64,000 nt of DNA from Elusimicrobia bacterium UBA5214 (GCA_002412545.1 DHVG01000013.1:129315-193314); one strand, 5' to 3'. Shown: positions 1 to 10,361, numbered from the stretch's first letter. Program-made: numbers and translations. Notes: generated from the sequence alone by a model not told the origin.

Positions 1-1528
1 AATACAAACCTTTAGATATGAATAACGCAATAATCCAATAATAAGGAACAATTTCTACTGCCCGATAGAAACGGTCCATCCCTGGATTCAATGGCCATAA
101 GAAATAGAGTAACAGAGGATTGACAAAAATGAATAGGACAACTGCTGCGATTGAAAAACAATACAGTGCGCCTGGTTCTTTGCGGAAGAAACAGAACAAA
201 AAAGGTAAAAGCAAATAAGCAAGTGTACGCGGGAAGTTTGTCCATAGTGCCTTAAATGGGTCAATTAACGGGTACGTACCTCCAAGCTTAACGACCGGTT
301 TAAACTCAATAGCCATTGCCTCGGGAGTCAGATAGCATTTATTCACCAAGGGCAGATTAATCTTTGCTGTATAATAAGTAACATAGAAAAATGCCGGAAC
401 TGCAATGAATATTATCGCCAAAAGTATTTTTTTGGGTAGGTTTTCTATCTTGTTTGGTATGAATAAGGAAAACAAAAAGAAACAACCTAAAACAAAAAGT
501 AACATATAAAAATAATAGAAATGGGTCAGTGCTATAACTACTCCTAAAAGGGGAAGAATAAATAGGTATCGTTTGTTCCCTTGATAAATGAATTTGAAGA
601 CAAAAAATAGGATTACCAAGAGAATAATATCCCGGGCTATACTGGCCGGATACTGACTGGTGCTCCAGACCCAAAAAAAGGAAGTAAACTTCCCATCCAG
701 GGTGGAATAACTCATTATCCCATCAAAAAAGACAAAAATTGAAGTTGCCACTGTTGCATAGTTAGCTGAATCAAATACTACACGAGAAACCAACCAGAAA
801 GCAAGAACCATCAAGGAAGTTAAAAAAACCGGTGATAATACCCAAAATTCAACCGGGTCAAGGTGCGTGATTTTACTACCCATTGAAAAAAACAAATACC
901 AAATATTATGTCCGTAGATAGGCCTCGGTAAATCTTTAAGAATATAGTGTCCAAATATTATTTTAGGCAATTCAACTAATTTTCTTATTGCGGTCATATG
1001 ATGGATATAATCTCCAGAAGTGAAACCACCAAAATGAGCGCTGAGCAAAACAACAATTACTAAGAGAAATACAAGCACAAGGATTTGTTTTTTATTTTCC
1101 CATTTTTTCTGATTATTTATTTTTACTTTTTTCTTTTCTTTAGGAGATACGGGAGATTGGAAAGAACCTTTTGAAGAAACTGCAAGATTCACCAAACCAA
1201 ACAAAATGCTTAGAAGCAAATAACCACCAGTCAATTGATTCAAAGTTAGACCTCGCAAGTAGGCAAACAATCCTAAAGGAGTAAATAGTAACAACGAGAA
1301 AACAAATGATAAAGGCCACACTTCAAGTAAGTTAATTTTTTCCTTCGGATAAAAGAGTGCCAGGAGAAAGAATCCTGGTACCAGCGTAATCACTAAATTC
1401 ACAAACACAAAGTTAAACCAAAACAATTCACCCAGAATATTTTTGGCGAATTGCCAATAAATGACTATCAAACTAATCAGACCAAAAACAATTTTTACAG
1501 TTTTATTTTCCACTTTATTAAATTCATT
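1..1528 (-). CDS. polytopic integral membrane protein, 3' end beyond window (partial)
   Basis: Manual minus-strand translation: ATG at 1528..1526 (MNLIKWKIKLVKIVFGLISL...) stays open to position 1, >500 codons with many hydrophobic helices. Not in ORF track because no in-window stop; track ORFs 12..245 and 357..674 are wrong-frame pieces inside it. Confidence 0.6.
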
Positions 1529-1591
1529 AATTTTGTAAAATAAAAAAATTCACTAAACTGTGGGAAAAAGAAACCAAAAATTTTTTTACTA

Positions 1592-2449
1592 TTATTTTGA
1601 ACATTTGAATGTAGTATGCATTCCTGGCCCTGGCACTTTTGCTAATAATTTACCTTCCCAATAAATTATAAAATCTACAGTTAAAATAATGCTAAACCAC
1701 AATATATTTTTTCTTTTACTCACTATTAGAAGATTGGATGTAATTTGAGACAAACCAAAAATATTTGTTAGAAAATCAATGAATAAAAATAGGAGGAGAT
1801 CTGCAATTTGTCCCAACAAATGAAGACTATATTTCCTCTCTCTAGGAATTTCTATAAAACCATACTTCCTAAATATTTTGAGTACCTGTTTTCTACTAAA
1901 AGAGTGGATGTGTCCACCGTATATATTTTTTAAGTTTCTGTAAGGCATGAAATTCCCAATAAACTTCCAAATCGATAAAGAGTCACCTTCACAAGGAACA
2001 AATATATGGAGTTTACCTCCTCGTTTTAGCACACGTCTGCATTCAAAAATGAATTTTTCTGTATCTTTAACATGTTCTAATACATCGAAAAAAATAACAT
2101 AGTCAAAAAAATTATCCGGATAAGGAAATAGGTATTCTCCACATACTGTATAGCTAATGTTGCTCTTGTAATTTTGAGCGATACGAATTCCTGAATGAGA
2201 AATATCACAACCATATGCTTCAATTCTGGGTTTGTTTCTTACAATTGCCCGGATAAATCTTCCCGCGCCACAACCTACCTCGAGTACCCTCCCATTATCA
2301 GAATTAATAGCAGTAAGACAGCGTTCTAATCGCAATTTGGCTATACTATATTCTGAATTAGTAATTTTACCTTGTCCATATATATGAGATTCATAAAAAT
2401 TAGGATTACATATCTCTTTTGGTTTTAATATTTGTGAATTCCCTTCCAT
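1592..2449 (-). CDS. class I SAM-dependent methyltransferase with C-terminal hydrophobic tail
   Basis: Motif I LEVGCGAGRF, post-motif FDVLEHVKD...RVLKRGGKLHIFVP typical of class I methyltransferases. Confidence 0.8.
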   Translation of the reverse strand: MEGNSQILKPKEICNPNFYESHIYGQGKITNSEYSIAKLRLERCLTAINSDNGRVLEVGCGAGRFIRAIVRNKPRIEAYGCDISHSGIRIAQNYKSNISYTVCGEYLFPYPDNFFDYVIFFDVLEHVKDTEKFIFECRRVLKRGGKLHIFVPCEGDSLSIWKFIGNFMPYRNLKNIYGGHIHSFSRKQVLKIFRKYGFIEIPRERKYSLHLLGQIADLLLFLFIDFLTNIFGLSQITSNLLIVSKRKNILWFSIILTVDFIIYWEGKLLAKVPGPGMHTTFKCSK

Positions 2450-2481
2450 ATTAGTTCATATTACCGACATAATAATTTTTT

Positions 2482-3894
2482 TTACACTTTACTTATCCCC
2501 TTTGTTTTAATCATATATATTGCACTGACTCCGCTTAATGTATATCTCAAATTTCTAATGTTTGTTAATTTTCTTACACGTTTCAGAATATACTTGGGTC
2601 TGAAATAAAATTGTGTGTAAGCAATGGTAATCAACTTTTCTAATTCCATTTTCGTCATTGTATAGGGAACAAAAACTATCTCCATTCCTTGAAATTTACT
2701 CAAATCATCACAGACTAATTTACCATAGTCATTTAACTTTTCAGCAAGGTCACCGTAAGGAGTAAGTGGAAAAAAGCGAGCATAATCAATGTCAAGTTTT
2801 TTTACAAGTTTAATCGTTTTTAAACCATCCTCAAATGTTTCTCTTGGAATTCCAAAAATAAAAGACGCTTCTACTTCCATTTTGGCTTCTTTAGTCCACT
2901 TTACAGCGTTGAAATTTTGTTCTACAGTGGTACCTTTTCTTAACATATCCAAATTTTTCTGTAACATTGATTCTAAACCATAATGTATTTTCCAACACCC
3001 AGCCGATGCCATCTCTTTTAGTAACTCTTTATCAACTAGGTTGGCTCTTGCTTGAGCAGACCAGAGAATATCCAATTTATTTTTTTTAAGTAATTTTATG
3101 ATTTCTAATAATCTCTTTCTGTTGAGGGTAAGGGTATCGTCCCAGAATGCTATGTCTTTTATTCCATATTCAACCTTTAAATATTTAATTTCTTCAATAA
3201 CCGCTTCCGGACTTCTATAGCGTATTCTTTTTCCTAATACATCGGGAATACAAAAAATACATTGGTACGGACATCCTCGGGTAGTAAAAATATTTGTAAC
3301 CGGTAATTTCTTATATTGGGAAAAAGCCGGCACATAATCCAAAATGTTTACCAGACTCCGGTCAGGAAAAGAAAGTTCATCTACATTTTCAATAACATTC
3401 CGTGAGGGATTTTCAACAATAAACGAATTATCTCGGAAGATTAATCCTTTAATCTTATTTAAATCTCCTCCGTTTTCAATATAATTAACTAATTCTAAAA
3501 GTGTGTACTCACCTTCACCGTATACTAAAGCATCCAATTGAGCAGATTCCTGAAGACATTTCTTTTTAGAGATGGTAGCGTGAACACCACCAATAACAAT
3601 AAATGTTTCTGGGAATTTGTCTTTCAACATAGCGATCATTTCTTTTACTTTTGGCCAAGTAAAGGTCATCACCGAAATACCAATAATCTTTGGTTTTTCT
3701 TCAAAAATTATTCTTAACATTGAAGGAAAGTCAGTCCTACTTCCATCAAGTATGATTACTTGATGACTTGCTCTTTTTAATATTGTGCCCAAAGAGAGCA
3801 ATCCAAGTGGAGGAAGAGTCCCACCCACCTTTGCTATCGCTTTTCCATATCTTTCTTCCAAGGATATTGGCGGTAAAACTAATGCTATTTTCAT
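2482..3894 (-). CDS. B12-binding domain radical SAM protein
   Basis: N-terminal Rossmann-like B12-binding region followed by CxxxCxxC cluster motif (RGCPYQCIFC); 470 aa. Confidence 0.8.
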   Translation of the reverse strand: MKIALVLPPISLEERYGKAIAKVGGTLPPLGLLSLGTILKRASHQVIILDGSRTDFPSMLRIIFEEKPKIIGISVMTFTWPKVKEMIAMLKDKFPETFIVIGGVHATISKKKCLQESAQLDALVYGEGEYTLLELVNYIENGGDLNKIKGLIFRDNSFIVENPSRNVIENVDELSFPDRSLVNILDYVPAFSQYKKLPVTNIFTTRGCPYQCIFCIPDVLGKRIRYRSPEAVIEEIKYLKVEYGIKDIAFWDDTLTLNRKRLLEIIKLLKKNKLDILWSAQARANLVDKELLKEMASAGCWKIHYGLESMLQKNLDMLRKGTTVEQNFNAVKWTKEAKMEVEASFIFGIPRETFEDGLKTIKLVKKLDIDYARFFPLTPYGDLAEKLNDYGKLVCDDLSKFQGMEIVFVPYTMTKMELEKLITIAYTQFYFRPKYILKRVRKLTNIRNLRYTLSGVSAIYMIKTKGISKV

Positions 3895-4207
3895 TTTGTA
3901 CTTTATAATTGTATTTAGCAGTTCTTAACTTTTTTCCCAATTACTAACATTTCTCCACAAGAACTCCAGAACATTATCCAGCTTATTCGTCGTGGCATTA
4001 CCCTAAACAAGCAATTCACAAATGGTGTAAAAAAATAATTTTAACGTCTCTTTGTATTAAGAACTGCATGTACGTAAAATAAATTAAAGAATTTTCTTAC
4101 TGTTCCTTTATAAATCATTCAAAAACCTGTCTTTTCCAAAAGTTTATCTATGGTAAGTGCTGAAAAATAGTAATAACGCTTTGATATAAAAATATACCTA
4201 TTTTTCT

Positions 4208-4572
4208 TTAAAAAATTTTTGCCCTTAGGGAATCAATATCAGAAGTAACAATTATACAAGGACATTCTTTCTTAATAATTTTGTTTATCTCTTTTAACAA
4301 AGTAGTAGAATCAATTACATACTCAACAAGATCAAACATTGTAACCACATTAAAAAAATTGTCATTATATTTCATTTCTTCTAAAGTTCCAGTAGAAATT
4401 CTATCGTTGAATTTTCTCTTTGCTATTAAAATTGATTCAATTCTTCTTTTCTAGGTTGTGGATACTGTCTGATTAACCCACAGGAGGTGCATTGCACGAT
4501 TTTAAATTTATCTCTCTGAAAAAGTCCTTTATAATTATTTGAACCACAAAGATTACAACCGGTATTTTTCAT
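4208..4572 (-). pseudogene. remnant of a zinc-ribbon class I methyltransferase (internal deletion/frameshift)
   Basis: ATG at 4572..4570 overlaps the TGA stop of the upstream radical SAM gene (ATGA). Frame A gives MKNTGCNLCGSNNYKGLFQRDKFKIVQCTSCGLIRQYPQPRKEELNQF then TAA at 4428..4426; a second frame continues to a stop at 4210..4208 with ...FNVVTMFDLVEYVIDSTTLLKEINKIIKKECPCIIVTSD, resembling the C-terminal half of the 1592..2449 methyltransferase. The SAM-binding motif I region is missing. Confidence 0.5.
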
Positions 4573-5975
4573 CTTCCAGAAAAATATTTTATGCCTACTC
4601 TAATAAAGTATAAAGTCCGTTTTAAAGGAAATATCATTTTTATATAGTAAAAGATTATTTTAGGTCTTAAATAGAATTGAATCATAATCATTTGTTGAAT
4701 CCTTTTCAATTTCTTTATGGATATTGAATCCGGAGAATATACGGGAATAGCAAGGGAACCTTTTGATAGATGAAGAGAGGAATATTCTATTTTTTTTTCA
4801 CTCTTAAGCTGTTCTGTTATTTCAGAACCGGGTAGGGGGCAAAACAAAGAAAAAGTTGCTCCGACGAGATCCAGTTCTAGTGCAAGTTGTTTGGTTTTCA
4901 TAATGTCCTCAATAGTTTCATCAGGATATCCTAAAATAAAAAAAGCATGAATAGGTAAACTGCATCGCCTTACCAACGATACTTTTTCTCTTATCAAATT
5001 TAGGTTTAATCCTTTCTTCATATTGTTAAGAATCTTTTGAGAGCCGGATTCAATACCAAGAACAATCGAGTGACATCCTGATTTCTTCATCCAAGGCAAT
5101 ATTTCTTCGGTTAATGAATTTAACCTAATTCCGTTGTGCATTGTCCACTTTATTTTTATATTATTCTCAATTAGAGATTTACAAAATTCTATTACAAATG
5201 AAGAGTTGTGTATAAAATTGTCATCGGTAATTAAAATTTCTTCTACTTTAAATTTGTAATATAATAATTTAATTTCTGAGATTACACTCTCAAGGGAACG
5301 CGAACGCATTTTTCTCCCTGATATTTTATAACCGACACAGAAAGTACATCTGTATGGACATCCTCTGGTAACCACTATGGGTGCTGATTTCATTGTTCTT
5401 GCCTGAAAAGTCGGCATAAATTTATGATAAAGTGACAAATCCAAAACTGTTCCCCAAGGAGGATGCCCAAAAGAGTCAACATTCTCATAAAATATTGGTT
5501 CATTGCATATAATTCCTTTTTCTGTCCTATAGATTAAACCTGGTATTTTGTTTGCCCATCCAGTGATATCTTTCTTTGATGTAAGGCAATCTATGAACTT
5601 CGGTACACTAATTTCTCCTTCCCCTTGGAAAGCATAATCAATCCATTTTAATTGGTTTAATACTTCATAGGGAGCTGATGAAGGATGGGGTCCTCCTGCA
5701 AGAGTTATGGTATTCGGCCTGTTTCTTTTTATAATTTCTGATATTTTATCTACTACGGAAACATCGGTAGAAAACATCGTAATTCCTAATACATCGGGAT
5801 CGACTTCGTTAATTCGCTTTATTACCGATTGCATATCCAATCTTTCCGCATGAGCATCAAGAATTACAACCTCATACCCTCTTTTCAATAAAGCAGTAGC
5901 AAGATAACCTAATCCTAAAGGAGGCATTACCCAAAAAGAACTTTTTTTTATGGGGACCAATAGAAAAATACGCAT
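4569..5975 (-). CDS. B12-binding domain radical SAM protein (paralog of 2482..3894)
   Basis: CxxxCxxC motif RGCPYRCTFC and N-terminal B12-binding-like domain; same architecture as the neighbouring gene. Confidence 0.8.
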   Translation of the reverse strand: MRIFLLVPIKKSSFWVMPPLGLGYLATALLKRGYEVVILDAHAERLDMQSVIKRINEVDPDVLGITMFSTDVSVVDKISEIIKRNRPNTITLAGGPHPSSAPYEVLNQLKWIDYAFQGEGEISVPKFIDCLTSKKDITGWANKIPGLIYRTEKGIICNEPIFYENVDSFGHPPWGTVLDLSLYHKFMPTFQARTMKSAPIVVTRGCPYRCTFCVGYKISGRKMRSRSLESVISEIKLLYYKFKVEEILITDDNFIHNSSFVIEFCKSLIENNIKIKWTMHNGIRLNSLTEEILPWMKKSGCHSIVLGIESGSQKILNNMKKGLNLNLIREKVSLVRRCSLPIHAFFILGYPDETIEDIMKTKQLALELDLVGATFSLFCPLPGSEITEQLKSEKKIEYSSLHLSKGSLAIPVYSPDSISIKKLKRIQQMIMIQFYLRPKIIFYYIKMIFPLKRTLYFIRVGIKYFSGR

Positions 5976-6026
5976 AAATTTTAAATTCTAGAAAATTTAA
6001 TTTAAGATATTTTTAATAAGCGCTTT

Positions 6027-7181
6027 TTATTTGTTAATTTCCTTTTTGACTGCTTCAAATACTTCGTCAACTTCTATCGCCTGTAAACATTTTGGTTCAT
6101 TATACCGGCAACGACCTGTTTTCTGGTCATACACATGAATACAAGGACTACAAGAAATGTTCTTAAAGAACACTTTATGTCTATTACCTCTCGGACCATA
6201 AATTACTGGTGTTTCCGGACCAAAAAATGAAATGGTTGAAATATCAAGGGCATAAGCAATATGTAAAGGACCAGCGTCATTAGAAATAAATAATCTTACT
6301 TTTGAGATAAAACTTACCAATTGCTTTAAGTCAAGTTTACCTGCAAGATTTATTATTTTGTTTAAACTATTAGTTGCATTAATTATCTCTCCTACATAAT
6401 GTCTTTCATCTTCTGCCCCAATCAAAACAATTTTTACTTTGTTACTAAGATTAGCGATCCTGTCAATTAAACTAACAAATTTTTCTTTTGGCCATCTTCT
6501 TTGAAGACCAAGTGGACCAGCATTCACATTTATTCCAATTATATTATCCGATTTGTTAATTTCATATTCTTGCAATAAATTTTTTATGGTTTCATCAGAG
6601 GGAGTTTTTATTTCTGGATGGTATATTTGGTTAATAGTAGTCACTCCCACTGCGGCATTAATAAAATTTTCAGAAACATGCCAGTAATAATTAAAGGGAA
6701 TGTTAACATCATGAAAATTTCCTCTCCATATATCCCATGCATGAAAACCTACCCTTTTTTTTGCTCCGGCAAGGAAACTGAAAATTGCAGAAAATCGTGT
6801 AAAGAATTCAAAATCAAATAATATGTCATATTTCATTTTTCTTATTTTTATAAGTAGTTTTAGAACGTTTAATATAAAGGGAGTAAAATTTTTTTCTAAT
6901 CTTAATACTAATACATTGTCCAATTCTGGAATTAGTTCACATATTCCTTTATTCTGATGGAAGGTAAGAAAATCAATTCTTACTTCGGGATACCTTTGTC
7001 TCAACAACTTTATAGCAGGTGTAGTTTCTATAATACTTCCAACTCCCCAGAATTTTATTATAAGAATCTTTCCCACTTTTTCTATATTTACTCTTTTCCG
7101 TAGCCAGTTAAATGGCTGCAAAATAAGGCATAACAATTTGCCAACCCATAAATCTATTCTACGCATTGTCCATAATGTCAT
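6027..7181 (-). CDS. glycosyltransferase family 9 (heptosyltransferase-like)
   Basis: GT9 C-terminal signature NDAGPLHIAYALDISTISFFGPETP; 384 aa. Confidence 0.75.
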   Translation of the reverse strand: MTLWTMRRIDLWVGKLLCLILQPFNWLRKRVNIEKVGKILIIKFWGVGSIIETTPAIKLLRQRYPEVRIDFLTFHQNKGICELIPELDNVLVLRLEKNFTPFILNVLKLLIKIRKMKYDILFDFEFFTRFSAIFSFLAGAKKRVGFHAWDIWRGNFHDVNIPFNYYWHVSENFINAAVGVTTINQIYHPEIKTPSDETIKNLLQEYEINKSDNIIGINVNAGPLGLQRRWPKEKFVSLIDRIANLSNKVKIVLIGAEDERHYVGEIINATNSLNKIINLAGKLDLKQLVSFISKVRLFISNDAGPLHIAYALDISTISFFGPETPVIYGPRGNRHKVFFKNISCSPCIHVYDQKTGRCRYNEPKCLQAIEVDEVFEAVKKEINK

Positions 7182-7890
7182 TTCTATTTTTCTCCTTAGA
7201 ACCGAGGTAGAGATAAATGTAAAATTAATCCCATATTTTAAGTATCTTGCTGACCGTTATTGTCCAAGTTAACAAAGTAACCCCAATATTTGGACAGCAA
7301 GGTGTTTTTGGGAACTAGCAATGAAGATTTAAACTTTAAGTTGTTGATTAATAAATCAAAAAATAACTAAACTCGCCAATATTATTTGTAAATCGGGTAC
7401 AGTAGAAATAGAGGAAACTATTAGTAAAAAGTCGTACCACCCTGTCTATTTTGGAATCTTTTGAGTAAATACGGTGCGGTTTGCTTAAAAATTTCTGTTT
7501 AGAATAAAATCCTCTGTTTACGGTGTTAGCGAATAGATGTCCTTTATTATAAAGTTATAAAATTATCCTTAATTATTATTTTAACAAAAATATTGGGAAA
7601 AAACAAGGTTTTAGGTAGGAATTTAATTCAGAAAACTTGTTAAGACCACTCAAAGATTAGGACATAAGTTAGAATTGGTAATTAAAAGTTAAGGTTCTAT
7701 TTGAAAGAAATAAGCAATGATATTCTTTTCGTTCACTTACAGGCAAAATTTTTGTTTATCCGAATATTTATAGGACAAATTGATAACTGTTATTTTTTTA
7801 TTCTTTTTTCAATTTAATCTCTTTTGAATTAAACTTTATACGTCATTTCAGTACAATCATCTTTTTTGTATCCACAAAACTACGGCTTCA

Positions 7891-7937
7891 CCCTCACCTT
7901 TTTCCTCTCCCCTCGGAGGGAGAGGGTCGGGTGAGGG
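7891..7937. repeat. GC-rich nested inverted repeat (two-stem hairpin) just past the stop of the LamG/T9SS gene
   Basis: Outer stem ccctcacc (7891..7898) pairs with ggtgaggg (7930..7937); inner stem cctctccc (7904..7911) pairs with gggagagg (7918..7925). Strongly GC-rich against an AT-rich background; no U-tract follows on the minus strand. Confidence 0.8.
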
Positions 7938-7945
7938 GCAATCTT

Positions 7946-8952
7946 TTACTTCAATACTACCATTTTCTTAGTGTCAACAAAACTACCGGCTTTCACCTGG
8001 TAGTAGTAGATTCCTCTTGAGAGTTCGTCACTTTGATTAAATACAACTTTATGCGGACCAGCCGTTTGCCACTCGTCAACCAAGGTTGCTACTTCCTCTC
8101 CACCAACATTGTATAACTTTATGGTTACCTGACAATCCTGAGCAACGGAATACTCAATTGTTGTTGCTGGATTAAACGGATTTGGATAATTTTGTCCCAG
8201 AGAGTTGACATCTGCAGTTGCTGATGGACTAACTACGATTGTCCGTGGCTTACCGGGTTTCACATTTCCTTCGTAATGTGCTTTAATTTCTTCAGCACTT
8301 AAAGCACGGTTGTAAACCCGAGATTCATCGATTGTTCCTTTGAACCAATTGTAATCTCCGGAAAGACAGTGTGCTCCAATTTGTAAAGGAACATCATTAG
8401 TCACTATATGACCTGAAATTAGTCTGTTGCCTGTTTCAACACCGTTTACATATATTCGCTCAACAGAACCATCGTATGTCCCAACGATATGCGCCCACTC
8501 ACCAAAGGTAAGATTAACTGACGAAACTATGTAATTCCAAGTATTAGTATAAAGTACTAACTGAGGAGTTATTCCATTAGGTTGCAACTCCAGTACATAA
8601 CCACTTCATCCTCCCCACTTTGAACGATTATTTGATGATCTCCCGTTGTTTTAATAGGCTTAATCCACGCTTCAATTGTAATTGCATCTGTAATATCGAA
8701 ATTACTCGAATCATTCACACGTACATAATCATCCACTCCATCAAAACTTAGTGCTTTGCCAACTTTACCATCTACCCAGGTCGCACCGTAGATTGTTCCA
8801 TCATTACTATTTCCTGAATAGTCATGGGCGATTGTTCCTTCCCCTTCATCAAAACTCCAGTAACCAACTAAACCTTCTTCTGCTTTAAGCCGCTGTGTAA
8901 GAAGAAATAGTCCAAATTCTACCATAACCAAAAATCCAAAAATTTTTTTCAT
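7946..8952 (-). pseudogene. secreted LamG (concanavalin-like) domain protein with T9SS C-terminal sorting domain, split by an apparent frameshift
   Basis: Track ORFs 8569..8952 (signal peptide, LamG N-half GLVGYWSFDEGEG...IEAWIKP) and 7946..8587 (LamG C-half ...GEWAHIVGTYDGS..., then NYPNPFNPATTIEY...YYYQV T9SS-type tail) overlap by 19 nt in different frames. The downstream ORF starts at TTG. Frame switch near 8587..8625 beside a C-rich run; could be a real pseudogene or an assembly indel. Confidence 0.55.
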
Positions 8953-9130
8953 CGGTTTCTCTCCCTCCTTTTTTAGAATTTAGCGACTTGAAAGTCAACA
9001 CTTCTTTGGCTTGTCCCGATGAATCGGAACGCTACCTCCCTTTGCGGACTAAAGTCCGCCATTACGGAAAGATAATAAATCTCAAAATGTCGACTTTCAG
9101 AAAATTTCCTTAAACAAAAAACAGATGAGA

Positions 9131-9183
9131 CCCTCCCCCCACCGCTTTGCTTCGCAAAGCGAAGCAGTGAGGATCAGGGTGAC
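9131..9183. repeat. GC-rich palindromic element, degenerate relative of 7891..7937, containing a perfect hairpin
   Basis: ccctccccccacc ... gtgagg...cagggtgac flanks; internal perfect hairpin gcttcgc-aaa-gcgaagc at 9149..9165. Another perfect hairpin gcggac-taaa-gtccgc sits at 9044..9059. Confidence 0.6.
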
Positions 9184-9393
9184 ACACTCAAGGATGGACA
9201 CCTAGCACTTTACCGCTTAACGCTGACAACTGTCTTTATTATACCCCCCCAGAAAATTTGCCAAGAGTTTTTTGAGAATCTTTTAGATTTGAAAAAATCA
9301 GTTGATGAGGTCTACTGAAAGGAAAACTAAGATGTGAGTCAGGTTGGCAAAGAAATTTTTAGACAGGTAAAGGACGAACATAAAGGATTAAAA

Positions 9394-10218
9394 CTATTCG
9401 GATAACCCACTTTTAATTTCTTGAAGAGAGATGCTTTCTTTAAGAATAAAGAAAAGTCCAAGGAGAGTAACTAAAAGAAAATTAAAGAAATGGTGAGTTA
9501 AAGTAAAACTTAAGGCAAGTTCTTTGTTAATTTTATAAAAACTTAAAGCCAACACACCAAAAAATTCCCATGTCCCGATGTAACCCGGAGAAGAAGGAAT
9601 AGTTACACTTACTCCTACAATTCCTAAAAAAAACATCGCCGCGCTAAAAGGTAACTTCATATTGAAAGCGAAAAACATTACATAAACGCCTGAAATGTAA
9701 ATAAACCAAAGAATAAACGAAATAAAAAAAATCTTTAATAGAAGGTGCCCTTGTCGTAAAACTTTAAATCCGCTCACAAAAGAATTAAAAAGTTGGACAG
9801 ATCTCTCAGCAAGTTTTACGGAAAAAAAAGAAATTATTTTCTTCCCTAATTTCTCAGTTTGTTTCTCAAACTTAAGCAAAAAAGTAAAAAAAACTGCTAA
9901 ACCAAAAATAACAATAACCAAAGCAAAAATATTTATCTCTTTAGGAAGGACAAAAAAAAATGAAATGATAAAAAAAATAGAAATTAAGAAAATTAGGTCA
10001 GTCAGCCGCTCTAAAACTACAGTAGAAAAGACCGTACTTTTACTAATTTTTTCTTTTCGTCCTAAAAAATATGCCTGGACTAAATCACCAAAACGAAAAG
10101 GAAAAAGATTATTTGCTGCCTGACCAACACAGGTTGCGGAAACTAAACTAAATAAAGGTACCTTTTTTTGGGGAAGAAGCAAGTAACACCAACGAATACT
10201 ACGGACAAATAAACCCAA
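9394..10218 (-). CDS. flippase-like membrane protein (lysylphosphatidylglycerol synthase TM-region family, UPF0104-like); true start probably upstream
   Basis: Multi-TM protein with FGDLVQAYFL and PSSPGYIGTWE motifs. Track start is TTG; the frame stays open ~50 codons further upstream (..KKALWFGLLISVFFLVLVFYKIDFKEFF..) with no ATG/GTG/TTG. Confidence 0.6.
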   Translation of the reverse strand: MGLFVRSIRWCYLLLPQKKVPLFSLVSATCVGQAANNLFPFRFGDLVQAYFLGRKEKISKSTVFSTVVLERLTDLIFLISIFFIISFFFVLPKEINIFALVIVIFGLAVFFTFLLKFEKQTEKLGKKIISFFSVKLAERSVQLFNSFVSGFKVLRQGHLLLKIFFISFILWFIYISGVYVMFFAFNMKLPFSAAMFFLGIVGVSVTIPSSPGYIGTWEFFGVLALSFYKINKELALSFTLTHHFFNFLLVTLLGLFFILKESISLQEIKSGLSE

Positions 10219-10361
10219 AACACCGATTAGTAAAGCAAAAATTACATAAAAAAAATTGACTTTTTTTAAAGTAGAGAAAAATTCTTTGAAATCAATTTTA
10301 TAAAAAACTAAAACTAAAAAAAATACACTAATCAGTAGTCCAAACCATAAAGCTTTTTTCT

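Noticed and set aside
12-674. Track ORFs 12..245 and 357..674 (minus strand)
   Set aside because: Both are alternative-frame fragments inside the long membrane-protein frame that runs from ATG 1528 off the window edge; the long frame has consistent hydrophobic-helix coding character.
3746-3940. Minus-strand ORF 3746..3940 extending the radical SAM gene upstream
   Set aside because: Different frame overlapping the 5' end of 2482..3894; no motif, basic low-complexity sequence.
9000-9300. RNase P, SRP, tmRNA or 6S RNA in the 8953..9393 spacer
   Set aside because: aaagtccgcc is only a superficial resemblance to the RNase P P4 region; the other conserved boxes of these RNAs could not be found by eye on either strand. 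Left as an unclassified structured region.
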